From NCBI GenBank assembly GCA_964106915.2, contig OZ066918.1: 64,000 bases of DNA. One strand, written 5' to 3'. Shown one piece after another: positions 54,298 through 64,000 of the stretch (the first letter of the stretch is position 1; each line of letters begins with the position of its first letter). Under the pieces are notes generated by a model. That model had not been told where the DNA came from. It worked only from the letters and a program-made list of their open reading frames with translations, and did not search any database. This DNA is from Podarcis gaigeae. Its lineage: Eukaryota. The translations under genes and the position numbers were made by a program.

Positions 54298-54728
54298 CTA
54301 AAACAAGAGGCAGGGGGAAATACAGATAAAGTAGAACAGTCTTAGATAAAGGATTTTTTACCTGGTAAAAAAAGGTGAGAAAGGAATTTAGCCTAAAAAA
54401 TTGTCTGGTTTTAGAGCCATAGTGCTCCGGTTCATAATAATTGTAAGAATTGTAAAAGTTGTCGTTATGATTATCACTATCATTATCATTATTGGCTGCC
54501 CCTCTCACTGCGTTGTCCCACAATAAAACATCAAACATTAAAAACTTCCCTTCCCAGGGCTGCCTTCAGATGTCTTCTAAAGGTTGTATAGTTACCGTAT
54601 TTTTCGCTCTATAACACGCACCTGACCATAACACGCACATTGTTTTTAGAGGAGGAAAACAAGGGGAAAAACATTCTGAATGAAACAGTGGATGTATCAT
54701 TTTTGGGCTTCATGCTGTGACCACAGAC

Positions 54729-55270
54729 ATGTGATCTGATGGTGAATTTGGGGTGACCCAATGCCAAAATCCTGAGAATTCCTGTGGATCCATGCTTTGT
54801 AACCACGTTTTTGCACAATTGCAGCCCCAGACAACAGTGGGTGCGTGATTTTTTTGGTGCAGGCTGCAGCCATGGACATGCTATGTGATCTGATGGTGAA
54901 TTTGGGGTGACCCAATGCAAAGATCCTGAGGATCCATGTGGATCCATGCTTTTTAACCACGTTTTTGCACCATTGCAGCCCCAGGCAACAGTGGGTGCGT
55001 GATTTTGGGGGGGCAGGCTGTAGCCATGGACATGCTATGTGATCTGATGGTGAATTTGGGGTGACCCAATGCAAAGATCCTGAGGATCCATGTGGATCCA
55101 TGCTTTTTAACCACGTTTTTGCACCATTGCAGCTCCAGGCAACAGTGGGTGCGTGATTTTGGGGGGGCAGGCTGTAGCCATGGACATGCTATGTGATCTG
55201 ATGGTGAATTTGGGGTGACCCAATGCAAAGATCCTGAGGATCCATGTGGATCTATGCTTTGTAACCACAT
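54729..55270. repeat. 154-bp tandem repeat, ~3.5 copies
   Basis: atgtgatctgatggtgaatttggggtgacccaatgc recurs at 54729, 54883, 55037 and 55191. Confidence 0.95.
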
Positions 55271-55402
55271 TTTAAGTGGGGAGCGAAGGAAAAACAAAGA
55301 AGGGACATTAGAGGGGTGTGCAGAGAAGCAGCTGGCTAAGAATGCAGGAGAGGGATTTAACGGGTTGGAGAAAAGAAAGGCAAAAGTTTTCCCCCACCCA
55401 AG

Positions 55403-55599
55403 NNNNNNNNNNNNNNNNNNNNNNNNNNNNNNNNNNNNNNNNNNNNNNNNNNNNNNNNNNNNNNNNNNNNNNNNNNNNNNNNNNNNNNNNNNNNNNNNNN
55501 NNNNNNNNNNNNNNNNNNNNNNNNNNNNNNNNNNNNNNNNNNNNNNNNNNNNNNNNNNNNNNNNNNNNNNNNNNNNNNNNNNNNNNNNNNNNNNNNNNN
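55403..55599. other. Assembly gap
   Basis: Run of N. Confidence 1.
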
Positions 55600-55903
55600 G
55601 CACCGGAGCTTGCCTGGAGGGGAGGGGCTTTCCCTGCTCTTTGTTCCGTTTCAGCAAACACAGCAACGAAACAGAGAAGGGTGGGCAGTAAGACCCTGAG
55701 GCACAATGCAGGAAAGCAGCCGCTTCCTCTTTTCAGGTTTCCCTTCTCCGTGAAGCTCCGCGATTTGATTTTTGCCTGGCGATTTGATTTTTGCCTGATT
55801 TTTCGGCTCCAGGGACCACACATTCGCTCTATAACACGCACAGACATTTCCCCTTCCTTTTTAGGAGAAAAAATCTGCGTGTTATAGAGGGAAAAATATG
55901 GTA

Positions 55904-56230
55904 CTTATATTCTTGACATCTGATGGAAGGGTTGTTCCACAGGGTGGGTGCCACTACCGAGAAGGCCCTCTGCCTGGTTCCCTGTAACTTCACGTTTCAC
56001 AGTGAGGGAACCACCAGAAGGCCCTCAAAGCTGGACCTCAGTGTCCGGGCAGAACGAGGTATACTGGGCTGAGGCCGTTTAGGGCTTTAAAGGTCAGCAC
56101 CAACACTTTGAATTGTGCTTGAAAACGTACTGGAAGCCAGTGTAGTGCGAGCCAATGTTATACAGTCCCAGAGGCCACTCCCAGTCACCAGTCTAGCAGA
56201 CATAGGCTGGATTAGTTGTAGTTTCTGAGT
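55904..56230 (-). mobile_element. L2-like LINE fragment (continues at ~54495-54592 on the other side of the mariner element)
   Basis: gttccacagggtgggtgccactaccgagaaggccct...ggctttaaaggtcagcaccaacactttgaattgtgct is typical antisense squamate L2 3' ORF sequence, by recall. Confidence 0.7.
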
Positions 56231-56815
56231 CCTCAACAAGGTTACTGTGTATTCTGCTTGACCTGTTGCCTGCTCCTCCCAACGTTTTATTTCTAACCAA
56301 GTTTCACAACTAGACTAGTGGAATCAGTGTGCAATTCCCACCCTCGGGATTCAGGAATCCCCACACACCTAGATCATTTTGGGTTCCACATTATTGGAAG
56401 TCCAAGACCAGTGTGGACAAAGGCAGGAATTTGCCCTATTCTTGGGGAGAAGCAGAGGGCTGGATTGCACTCTGCGTAAATTGCAAGGGATTGGCTGGAG
56501 GTGTGAGGCGAACTGGTACAGGATGAGACAATTTAACAAAAAATAAAATATCCCCAGTTTTCCCCAGTTGAAGGTGACCCAAAAAAAGGTGAGGTGGCAG
56601 CAAATACCAGGTAGCAAGATCTGACTGGCAGCTCTACAGGGTTGTTGTGCGGCAGATGGGCAAGGAAAATGAAGGTGAATGAAAACCATAAGGCACAGAA
56701 TTCTGTGTACTATGCACAGTAATCCTACACAGCAATAATTTTAATGGGGAGATCATTAATGGAATATGTGATTTTCCTTCGCAATATTTTTTTTTTAAAG
56801 TAAAATGTATCATAC

Positions 56816-56877
56816 CTGTCTTCTATTTTATGTGCCTTGGGGCAGGTCGTCTCCAGCTCTCCAGAAGCCTCAAGCTC
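56816..56877 (-). CDS. GLRX3: GLRX3 exon 6: ELEASGELETTCPKAHKIED(R)
   Basis: 62 bp. Acceptor ttttcag|GAG, donor AG|gtatg. Inter-Grx linker. Confidence 0.95.
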
Positions 56878-56962
56878 CTGAAAAGAAAATTATTTCAAAT
56901 TCATAAACCAAACACTATTTTAAAATTACGTTACTGAAAATGCAGATCTTTTGTTTTCTTAC

Positions 56963-57135
56963 CTTAACAATGTCCAGCCCGCCTATAAGTTCCCCAGCTA
57001 CATATAACTGTGGGTAAGTAGGCCAGCTGGAGTAGGTTTTCAGGCCCTGACGTACTTCTTCATCAGAAAATATATCGAAGCTGCTATACGCAATGTTATG
57101 TTTGTTAAGAATCTCCACTATTTGTCTGCTGAAGC
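56963..57135 (-). CDS. GLRX3: GLRX3 exon 5: (G)[57 protein letters not shown]
   Basis: 173 bp. Acceptor tccag|GC, donor AAG|gtaag. Contains monothiol Grx motifs (CG)FS, WPTYPQL and GGLD. Overlaps ORF 56915..57118. Confidence 0.97.
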
Positions 57136-60100
57136 CTGGAGGTTACGGAGAAAAGAAAAAGAAAAGCACAGACCTTAACAAGGCTTTAATTTTACCCAAA
57201 CTGTGGTCTAGTGTCTACATTATAGCTTATATTAACGTGTTGCTGCCCCCACAAAAAAGGTAAATCTCAATTATCCAAATTGCATACCCTAGCGAAAACT
57301 ACAGAGCTGAGTTTACAGAGCTTGTCCTGCTGCTTGCTCTGTTTTGAAGTGTGTTGTCCAGTTTAGGCAAAATCAAACCCAAATGCACATGCAGATAAAT
57401 GTAATGCTTTGATCCAACCAAGGCTCTTATTTTAATATTTAGGTAGATATATTTACAACATAATGAATATTGCTTCAATCCCCTTTAAAAAAAACCACTT
57501 TCAAGAATGCAGATTCAACTTATAGGCATTAGTCCTATCAGCTTAAATAGAATTAATTTCCAAATAAATCATACAGTTCAATTTCTGAACAAAATTTACC
57601 TTTTTTAACTATAATACAAAATTTTGATATTTGAACTGTTTGAAGCACTGCATATCCCAAATCTGTAAGTCTGCACAATTTTTCTCCACATAGAAATATT
57701 TCAACCACACAAATTTCAGAAAAACGTTAACCTAACTCCTTAATTAGCAACTTGCATAAATATCAGTGTAATAAACCTGCATAAATATCAGTTTTGAAAC
57801 CACAACCCATATCAAGTTTGGCATATTTTTCTGCTGTTTTAAAATCCTTTCCTAAAGAAAAATTATCTTCCTCAGACAACTAAATATGCAGTATATAAAT
57901 TAAAGTAGCTCTACCTGGTGAGACCTGAAACACCTCACACCAATTTTCAAAAGGTTCCAATAAATGGGATTTAAAGCAACAAATTTTAAAAAGTTTCAGG
58001 CACATACAGACAAAAGGAACCTTTACATGATTTTCCATCTCACAAATTCATCCATTACTTTTGATATGTGCTGTAGCTCCAGGTCCTCCATGATCTGCAT
58101 TTTGAGCCATGAGCAAGTAGCATTTATTTATATGGCATCTAAGTTGCTTTTCTTCCACAACTGAAGCATTAAGTTCTTGTACAGCCTGGAGTGAAACAAG
58201 AATCCCGAATTCCACTTCCCCCCACTACCACCAACCCGCCATTCATCTGGGAGTTCATTAGTAAACAGCTACAGGCTGATTGCTGATGGTTATTCTGCTG
58301 CCAATATATTAACTCGTTTCTACTGTAAGAGGCTGAGAGGAGAGAGAAAGAGAGCGCTTCATTTTAGCTGTAGGCAACTCCATGCAGACGAGAAAGATTG
58401 ATTGGTGGCGGTTCATTTTTAAGGGTTAAAGTAGCAGACTGGAAATGTTATGCTTAGGGATAAAGTGCCAACACTGCTTTATTCCCATAACAAAAGGTTT
58501 AGGCTGACTTTCTGAGCAAACACCATCTGAGCAACGCAAGAGCTAATGAAAGCGCCGCTGAAGTGCACGTACGTGAACACACAGGCCGCTTGAAGAGTGG
58601 TGCGGACGCTGCGCTGCCGGTGATAGGAAGCTAAGTACAATTATAATACTAATGATGTAAGCAAGCAACAAGCCCGTGAGCACAGAGCCAAGGGGATAGA
58701 CCTCATTTAACATTATTATGAACTGGCTTTCCGTAGGAAGTGGCGAAATGCGGGACATAACAAGGATTTCTGATTCCACACCAAGATCCAATTACGCTCC
58801 GTTGCAATCGACAACCTGCTATTAGTATGAAAATTAGCCTGGACACCATTCATCAGAAACCTCTTCTGCACAAGATGTGGTGTGCAGAAGCTCCTGGCTG
58901 AGCCGCTCCTGGGCCTGAAGCTGCATTGCAAGCCGAGGGGGCTGAACTCCAGTAAAAGGCCAAGGGGCTGCTTTCTTACCCTAAGCCTGGGGCCACTCAG
59001 CTGAGGCACTCTGTACATCATCGGACTACAACACCCAGAGCCTTGGACAGTGCTGGCTACGGCTGACAGGGCCCCAGCAACATGGGGGCCACCACAGGTT
59101 AGCCCCTTCCCACCACCCCTACAGCTTTTCCCCTCCGTTGTCAACACAGCTGTCCTAGCAGTCCACTTGAGGAAATAAGGATTGGCTTACTATTGTGTTA
59201 GCTGTGTTAGTTGTGGCACATATTATGAACGGCATTGGCTAGTGAGGTGTGTATGGATATATAGCCCAGTCACGACAAATGTCTCTCTAAGCCCAAGGTG
59301 GGGGGAACTATATATATTCAATTTATTATAGAACAGCAAAGGAGAGCAGCAATGTTATCTTCAGCCTTAGTACTTTGCACTAATTCTGATCCTCCCATGC
59401 AAATCACACCAGCTTTTGGAACTTGCTGCCCACTGCAACCAGCAATTGCCCCCAAAAGACCACTGAGATAGTGAAATATATCTACCTTGCTAGAGACACA
59501 CTCTCCTCCCACCCCCCTGGACTGGTGGACTTGCAGACTGCACTGCGTTAACACATCGCAAATAGCTCAGCTTCTCCCTCTTATAGAAGGAATATGCATA
59601 CGGTGCATGTGCAGCCGGTACCAAACCGCATAAGCACAATATTGTACTGTGGTGCTTACGTATGCACCATGTCACATGAAAGCATCTGTACATGAGAAAT
59701 ATTAAAGCTCTCCATAGAGCCATATTAAGATGCAAGCTTCAAACCTGAAGCCACTGCTCCATCTGCAACCCCATACAGTAGGGTGATTTTTTATGTCTCA
59801 GAGCGAAGGGGGGGAACCTAACTAGGGCATTGTTTGCATTTTGAGAATTCAATGGCAACTTCAGCAAGATGATGCCCTTGCCTTGCTGGGACTCTGTTTG
59901 CTTATAAGCTTGCGGGGAGAGAACCAAAAAATGTATAATGAGTTACCAGGGCCTAGGAATCCATTTGTCATACCTTGATCTCCATTATTTCAGTTTAGTT
60001 CATTTTTCTTTTATAAAGTGGTATACGAACATTATTGGTAATGAAAAGACAATACATTCCATAATTAGAGCCATTTCCAGAAGAAAAAGAAAAAGAAGAT

Positions 60101-61124
60101 TCAGTAATTGAATTGGCTCAAGGAACCAAAAATTTTATTCTTGGGTTATACCACCTAAATGTCAATGTGTCCTTTAACAAAATCACTAACCTGACAGGTT
60201 CAGTGATGGAATGTCAATTAATTTTCACCAATGGATGTTAACAAGAAGTGATTCTGAAATGTTTTCTTATAGGCTGCTAACTGACATCCCTAAACAAATG
60301 CTTAAGCTATGTCTCTTATGGTATGTATTGCTCAGACTGATGCTCAGACTGATGCTTGTGCAATGGACCTCAGTGATCCACCTTGAGTTTCTGAGGGCAA
60401 CTACTCTGTCACTTGACCCTGAAAATCTGCTGCTTGCTTAAAACATCTCCCTCTGCACATGTCCTGTTCTACTCCCCTTTTAATTTCATTGTTCAATCAG
60501 CACACAGCTATTCTTACAGAGCAACATGGTGCATGCGAGGACCTCTGCACACTGACAAATAGATTGTTGAAGGGGAGAAGGCAGAAAACAGAAAAAGTTA
60601 GAACTGGACCCAAGCACAAAAAAAGTTTGAGAACAGTGCTCTGGCTTGATGACTGTGGCTTTAAGCCTCAACTCATTCAGGCAATACAGCTGTGTGGACA
60701 TGGCTGGACTTGGGCTGCTAGGTGCCCTGGACACAGTGGAAACCTATATCTGCATCACCGTTATTCTCCATCCATCTCCATTCCAACTCCACTCTAAGGC
60801 CCTAAACCTCTGGCCTAACCAACTGTTGATCTAGCAACCATATTCTACTTTTCGGAACCTAACAAGATGGTGGGCCAATACAAAGGCTATAGTGTGGCTG
60901 CAGCTAATGGGGTGCAAGGCAGCCTTGAAGGGGAACAGCACTATCCCAATCGACTTATCCCCTCTGGAGCCTAGGACAACAGTTCCATTTGTCGCAAAGG
61001 GTGGACCAACAATGGTGACAAGAATAGCAGCCACTCAGATAGAAAGAGTAAGATATAATATCGTTAGATACTCCTTAGGTATCTAGCCCTGCTGAATAAA
61101 ATAGAAATTCAAGACAATTCCTAC

Positions 61125-61326
61125 CACAACGAGGCTCCTGAGGTGTTCCCTTCATAAACAGCATGCAAGGTGCAGCATTTGTCAGTTTCTGGAGTCGCAC
61201 ATTCAGGTCTTCTTTCACATTGTCATTAGAGCCAGGCGGAATGGTTGAGCTGGAGGCGTGGCGCTGGACTTTCTTGGTCAGTTCTGGTGCATGAGCACCG
61301 TCTAATCGGTCAATTTTTTGGGAATT
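61125..61326 (-). CDS. GLRX3: GLRX3 exon 4: [67 protein letters not shown](G)
   Basis: 202 bp. Acceptor ggtag|AAT, donor TGTG|gtagg. Encodes the end of the Trx domain, the linker and the start of Grx domain 1. Not in the ORF track; translated by hand. Confidence 0.96.
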
Positions 61327-61988
61327 CTACCAACAGAGAACAGCAGTTTGGGCAAACATTATGAACTTCACAAGCACAGTCTTTAAAAAGCTACTGGAAT
61401 TTGAACACACATACTCTCTTTCTCTCTCGCTAGACCATATACAAGCATTATTTTGTAGGATTCAAGTCAAAACAGGTTAAAAGCCCCCAGAGAAATCCAC
61501 TGAGTGCTACTGGTGTACAATCTCATTTCTATAGGGCTAACACAACTGAAGGGAGCACACACACGGCCAGAACGAATAGTAGGTTAACTAACCCAAGCTC
61601 TGCGCTTGGTGAATGGAATTTTGTTAGAACTCGCTTTAACAACAATATCATTACCTGCCAAAAGGATTTTGGACGGATCACCACAACGAGCTTAGGAACC
61701 AATCAATAGTCATCTCCACATCACTATCCAACAGTGTTAAAAGGTTTCAAATTCAGGAACTGCCTGGTGATGCAGAATGTATTTCTCAAAAAAATGTTTC
61801 TGCAAGTTACAGCGTAGGGTAGCTTCAAATTTTTTGAAATGGGCTTTCACCACATGGCTAAGACGAATGAAATTCGCAGCATTCCTAAATTAATCAAATG
61901 TTACCTCTGAACAAAGTATCGCACCAGTACTGAGAACAGAGAACATCATAAGCATCCATGGATGTAAGCGAGCTAAAAAAAGGCTTAC

Positions 61989-62063
61989 CTTAAAAAACAA
62001 GAATGTTGGGACTGAAGTAATTTCATATTTTTCAGACACTTCGGGAACCGCTTCAGCTTCCAG
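61989..62063 (-). CDS. GLRX3: GLRX3 coding exon (orthologous to exon 3), Trx-like domain: [25 protein letters not shown]
   Basis: 75 bp, phase 0/0. Acceptor tttttaag|CTG, donor AAG|gtaagc. Peptide matches recalled vertebrate GLRX3 (human [25 protein letters not shown]). Confidence 0.96.
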
Positions 62064-62246
62064 CTTAAAAACAAACAAACATAAAACATCTTTTGTTTCC
62101 AAGCTCTTATTTATAGTTTAGATTGTGCTGGCTGATCTTGTCTACACTGTTCTTTTAGTCATGTTAAATGTTTAAAAAGGATTTCAGTGCAAAAGTTTGT
62201 GACACATTTGCATTTAAATGAAACTCACAGGGAAGGCTTGTCATCC

Positions 62247-62546
62247 NNNNNNNNNNNNNNNNNNNNNNNNNNNNNNNNNNNNNNNNNNNNNNNNNNNNNN
62301 NNNNNNNNNNNNNNNNNNNNNNNNNNNNNNNNNNNNNNNNNNNNNNNNNNNNNNNNNNNNNNNNNNNNNNNNNNNNNNNNNNNNNNNNNNNNNNNNNNNN
62401 NNNNNNNNNNNNNNNNNNNNNNNNNNNNNNNNNNNNNNNNNNNNNNNNNNNNNNNNNNNNNNNNNNNNNNNNNNNNNNNNNNNNNNNNNNNNNNNNNNNN
62501 NNNNNNNNNNNNNNNNNNNNNNNNNNNNNNNNNNNNNNNNNNNNNN
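62247..62546. other. Assembly gap in GLRX3 intron 2
   Basis: Run of N. Confidence 1.
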
Positions 62547-62934
62547 TTCTTCAATAAACTATTGATGCCTGCTAAATTTTTGTTTTTAACTCTTGCAAGA
62601 CTGCTAGATATTAGTATACTACTGACCTGAAACCTAAACAGATCATCAAATACAAAATTGTAGAAAATGCAAATATCAAATACATTTCCATTTACAGACA
62701 CAGGAGACACATATGATCCAACTATAAAGGACTATATGACGGTTGGGAAACGGGAGGCAGACAGGGTAGTTTGCTTAAGAGCACATTAATTCTGGCATGT
62801 GATATACATGTGTGAATGCCTGAAATATTGGTGAATGTTGACATTAGCATGTGAATGCCGATATCCCCAATGAGTTTTGTGTATATCCTAAAACAGATAT
62901 ATTTTAAGCACAGTATTCACTGGGGTTTCTGAGC

Positions 62935-63125
62935 TGGGGAAGGGTCACAGCACATCTGATTTCCATGCAGCAAGCCCCAGGGTCCAATCCTCAGCATCTC
63001 CAGGTAGGACAAGGAGAGAACCCAGCCTAAAATCCCGTAGAGCAGTCGCCAGAAAATGTGGATAATACTGAGTTAGCTAGATCAAGGGTCTGACTCAGTG
63101 TAAGGCAGCTTTCTATGTTCCTATG
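62935..63125 (+). mobile_element. Squam3-like SINE; related degenerate copies at ~7090-7270, ~15795-15980, ~16800-16945
   Basis: The copies share blocks of the type gcatctccaggtagg and actgag...ctagat...caa(t/g)ggtctgactcagt.taaggcagct...ctatgttcctatg. The family name is from recall. Confidence 0.65.
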
Positions 63126-63596
63126 CCCTTACAACAGAGGTTCTCTTTTAGAGGACATATGCTTCTGCATACCCATTGCTGGAAAATGCAGGAGGCAAGA
63201 GTGCTATTGCACGCAGCTCTTGGCTTCTAGGCTCCCCATAGGCATCTAGCTGACCACTGTGAGAACAGGAAGCTGGTCTAGATGTGTGACTGGCTCTTCT
63301 CATGTTCTTCATTGTTGGAGATTCACAGCATTTGGGAGGCCTATCAACATTTAAGCTGTCTTAAACCAAGTGAATTTCATGTCACGCATACATGGCGATT
63401 TGTAAGTAGAAACAGCAAGACGGAATGAGCTACTTGAACTTTAAAGAAAACCCGGTGACTATCTGTTGTGAAGATGAAGGGTAATGAGACATTAGGGGTG
63501 AAGAGAGATAAATTAGGAGACCAAAGTCACATTGACATCTTGCACTTTATCCTGAAACTACAAAAAATCAGTACACGTCGATGCAAATTTTCAATA

Positions 63597-63811
63597 CAGT
63601 GGTACCTCAGGTTAAGTACTTAATTCATTCCAGAGGTCCGTACTTAACCTGAAACTGTTCTTAACCTGAAGCACCACTTTAGCTAATGGGGCCTCCTGCC
63701 ACCAGAGCACGATTTCTGTTCTCATCCTGAAGCAAAGTTCTTAACCTGAGGTAATATTTCTGGGTTAGCGGGGTCTGTAACCTGAAGCGTATGTAACCCG
63801 AGGTACCACTG
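63597..63811. mobile_element. Tc1/mariner (Tigger-like) MITE in GLRX3 intron 2
   Basis: TA TSD on both sides. TIR cagtggtacctc.ggtta / taacccgaggtaccactg. Confidence 0.88.
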
Positions 63812-64000
63812 TAAAGCGTATTACTTAAGGTGCAATTAAAACAAAGAAAACAACCTTGACTGTGGAAAGACAGCAATTCCAGCTAAGTTTATTTTTTTAT
63901 GTTTGTATGATCAGGACATGGAGCAGGATCAATTTCCCACCCTTCTGTTGTTAGGTCATAAAGCTTTAATATTTCCTACTATTAGGGAAATGGAACCTTA

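Larger units (their letters stand above)
54595..55901. mobile_element. Non-autonomous Tc1/mariner (Tc2-like) element carrying a minisatellite, nested in an L2-like LINE
   Basis: TA TSDs at 54593-94 and 55902-03. TIR ccgtatttttcgctctataacacgca / tgcgtgttatagagggaaaaatatgg. Spans the gap at 55403-55599. Confidence 0.8.

Noticed and set aside
54729-55270. CRISPR-like regular repeat
   Set aside because: Eukaryotic context; whole units are repeated with no unique spacers.
54609-55887. Several long ORFs with repeated peptides or X runs
   Set aside because: Artefacts of the 154-bp tandem repeat and the N gap.
62064-64000. GLRX3 exons 1-2 (expected HFWAPWAPQC motif)
   Set aside because: Not found in the readable sequence. 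They are probably beyond the window; the 300-N gap cannot be excluded.

Overview
Vertebrate genomic DNA from a squamate, most likely a lacertid lizard. This is inferred from Sauria SINEs, BovB, Squam3-like SINEs and a tRNA-Lys/CR1-tailed SINE. The only protein-coding gene I can support is GLRX3 (glutaredoxin-3/PICOT) on the minus strand. Nine coding exons (orthologous to exons 3-11) lie between 62063 and the TAA stop at 47976-47978. All have GT-AG boundaries and join in frame into the end of the Trx domain plus two CGFS Grx domains. Exons 1-2 are not visible and are probably beyond the right edge. Positions 1-47.7 kb are gene-free sequence downstream of GLRX3, full of retroelement and DNA-transposon remnants, with a few repeat-free stretches that look like candidate conserved non-coding elements. 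The most notable item is a ~190-bp Penelope-like insertion at 24399-24589. It has a 13-bp target-site duplication, a 60-bp near-perfect inverted repeat and an intact minimal hammerhead-ribozyme core, and its inverted arm ends at about the predicted self-cleavage site. There are two assembly gaps (55403-55599, 62247-62546). Apart from GLRX3 and LINE fragments, the ORF track looks spurious.
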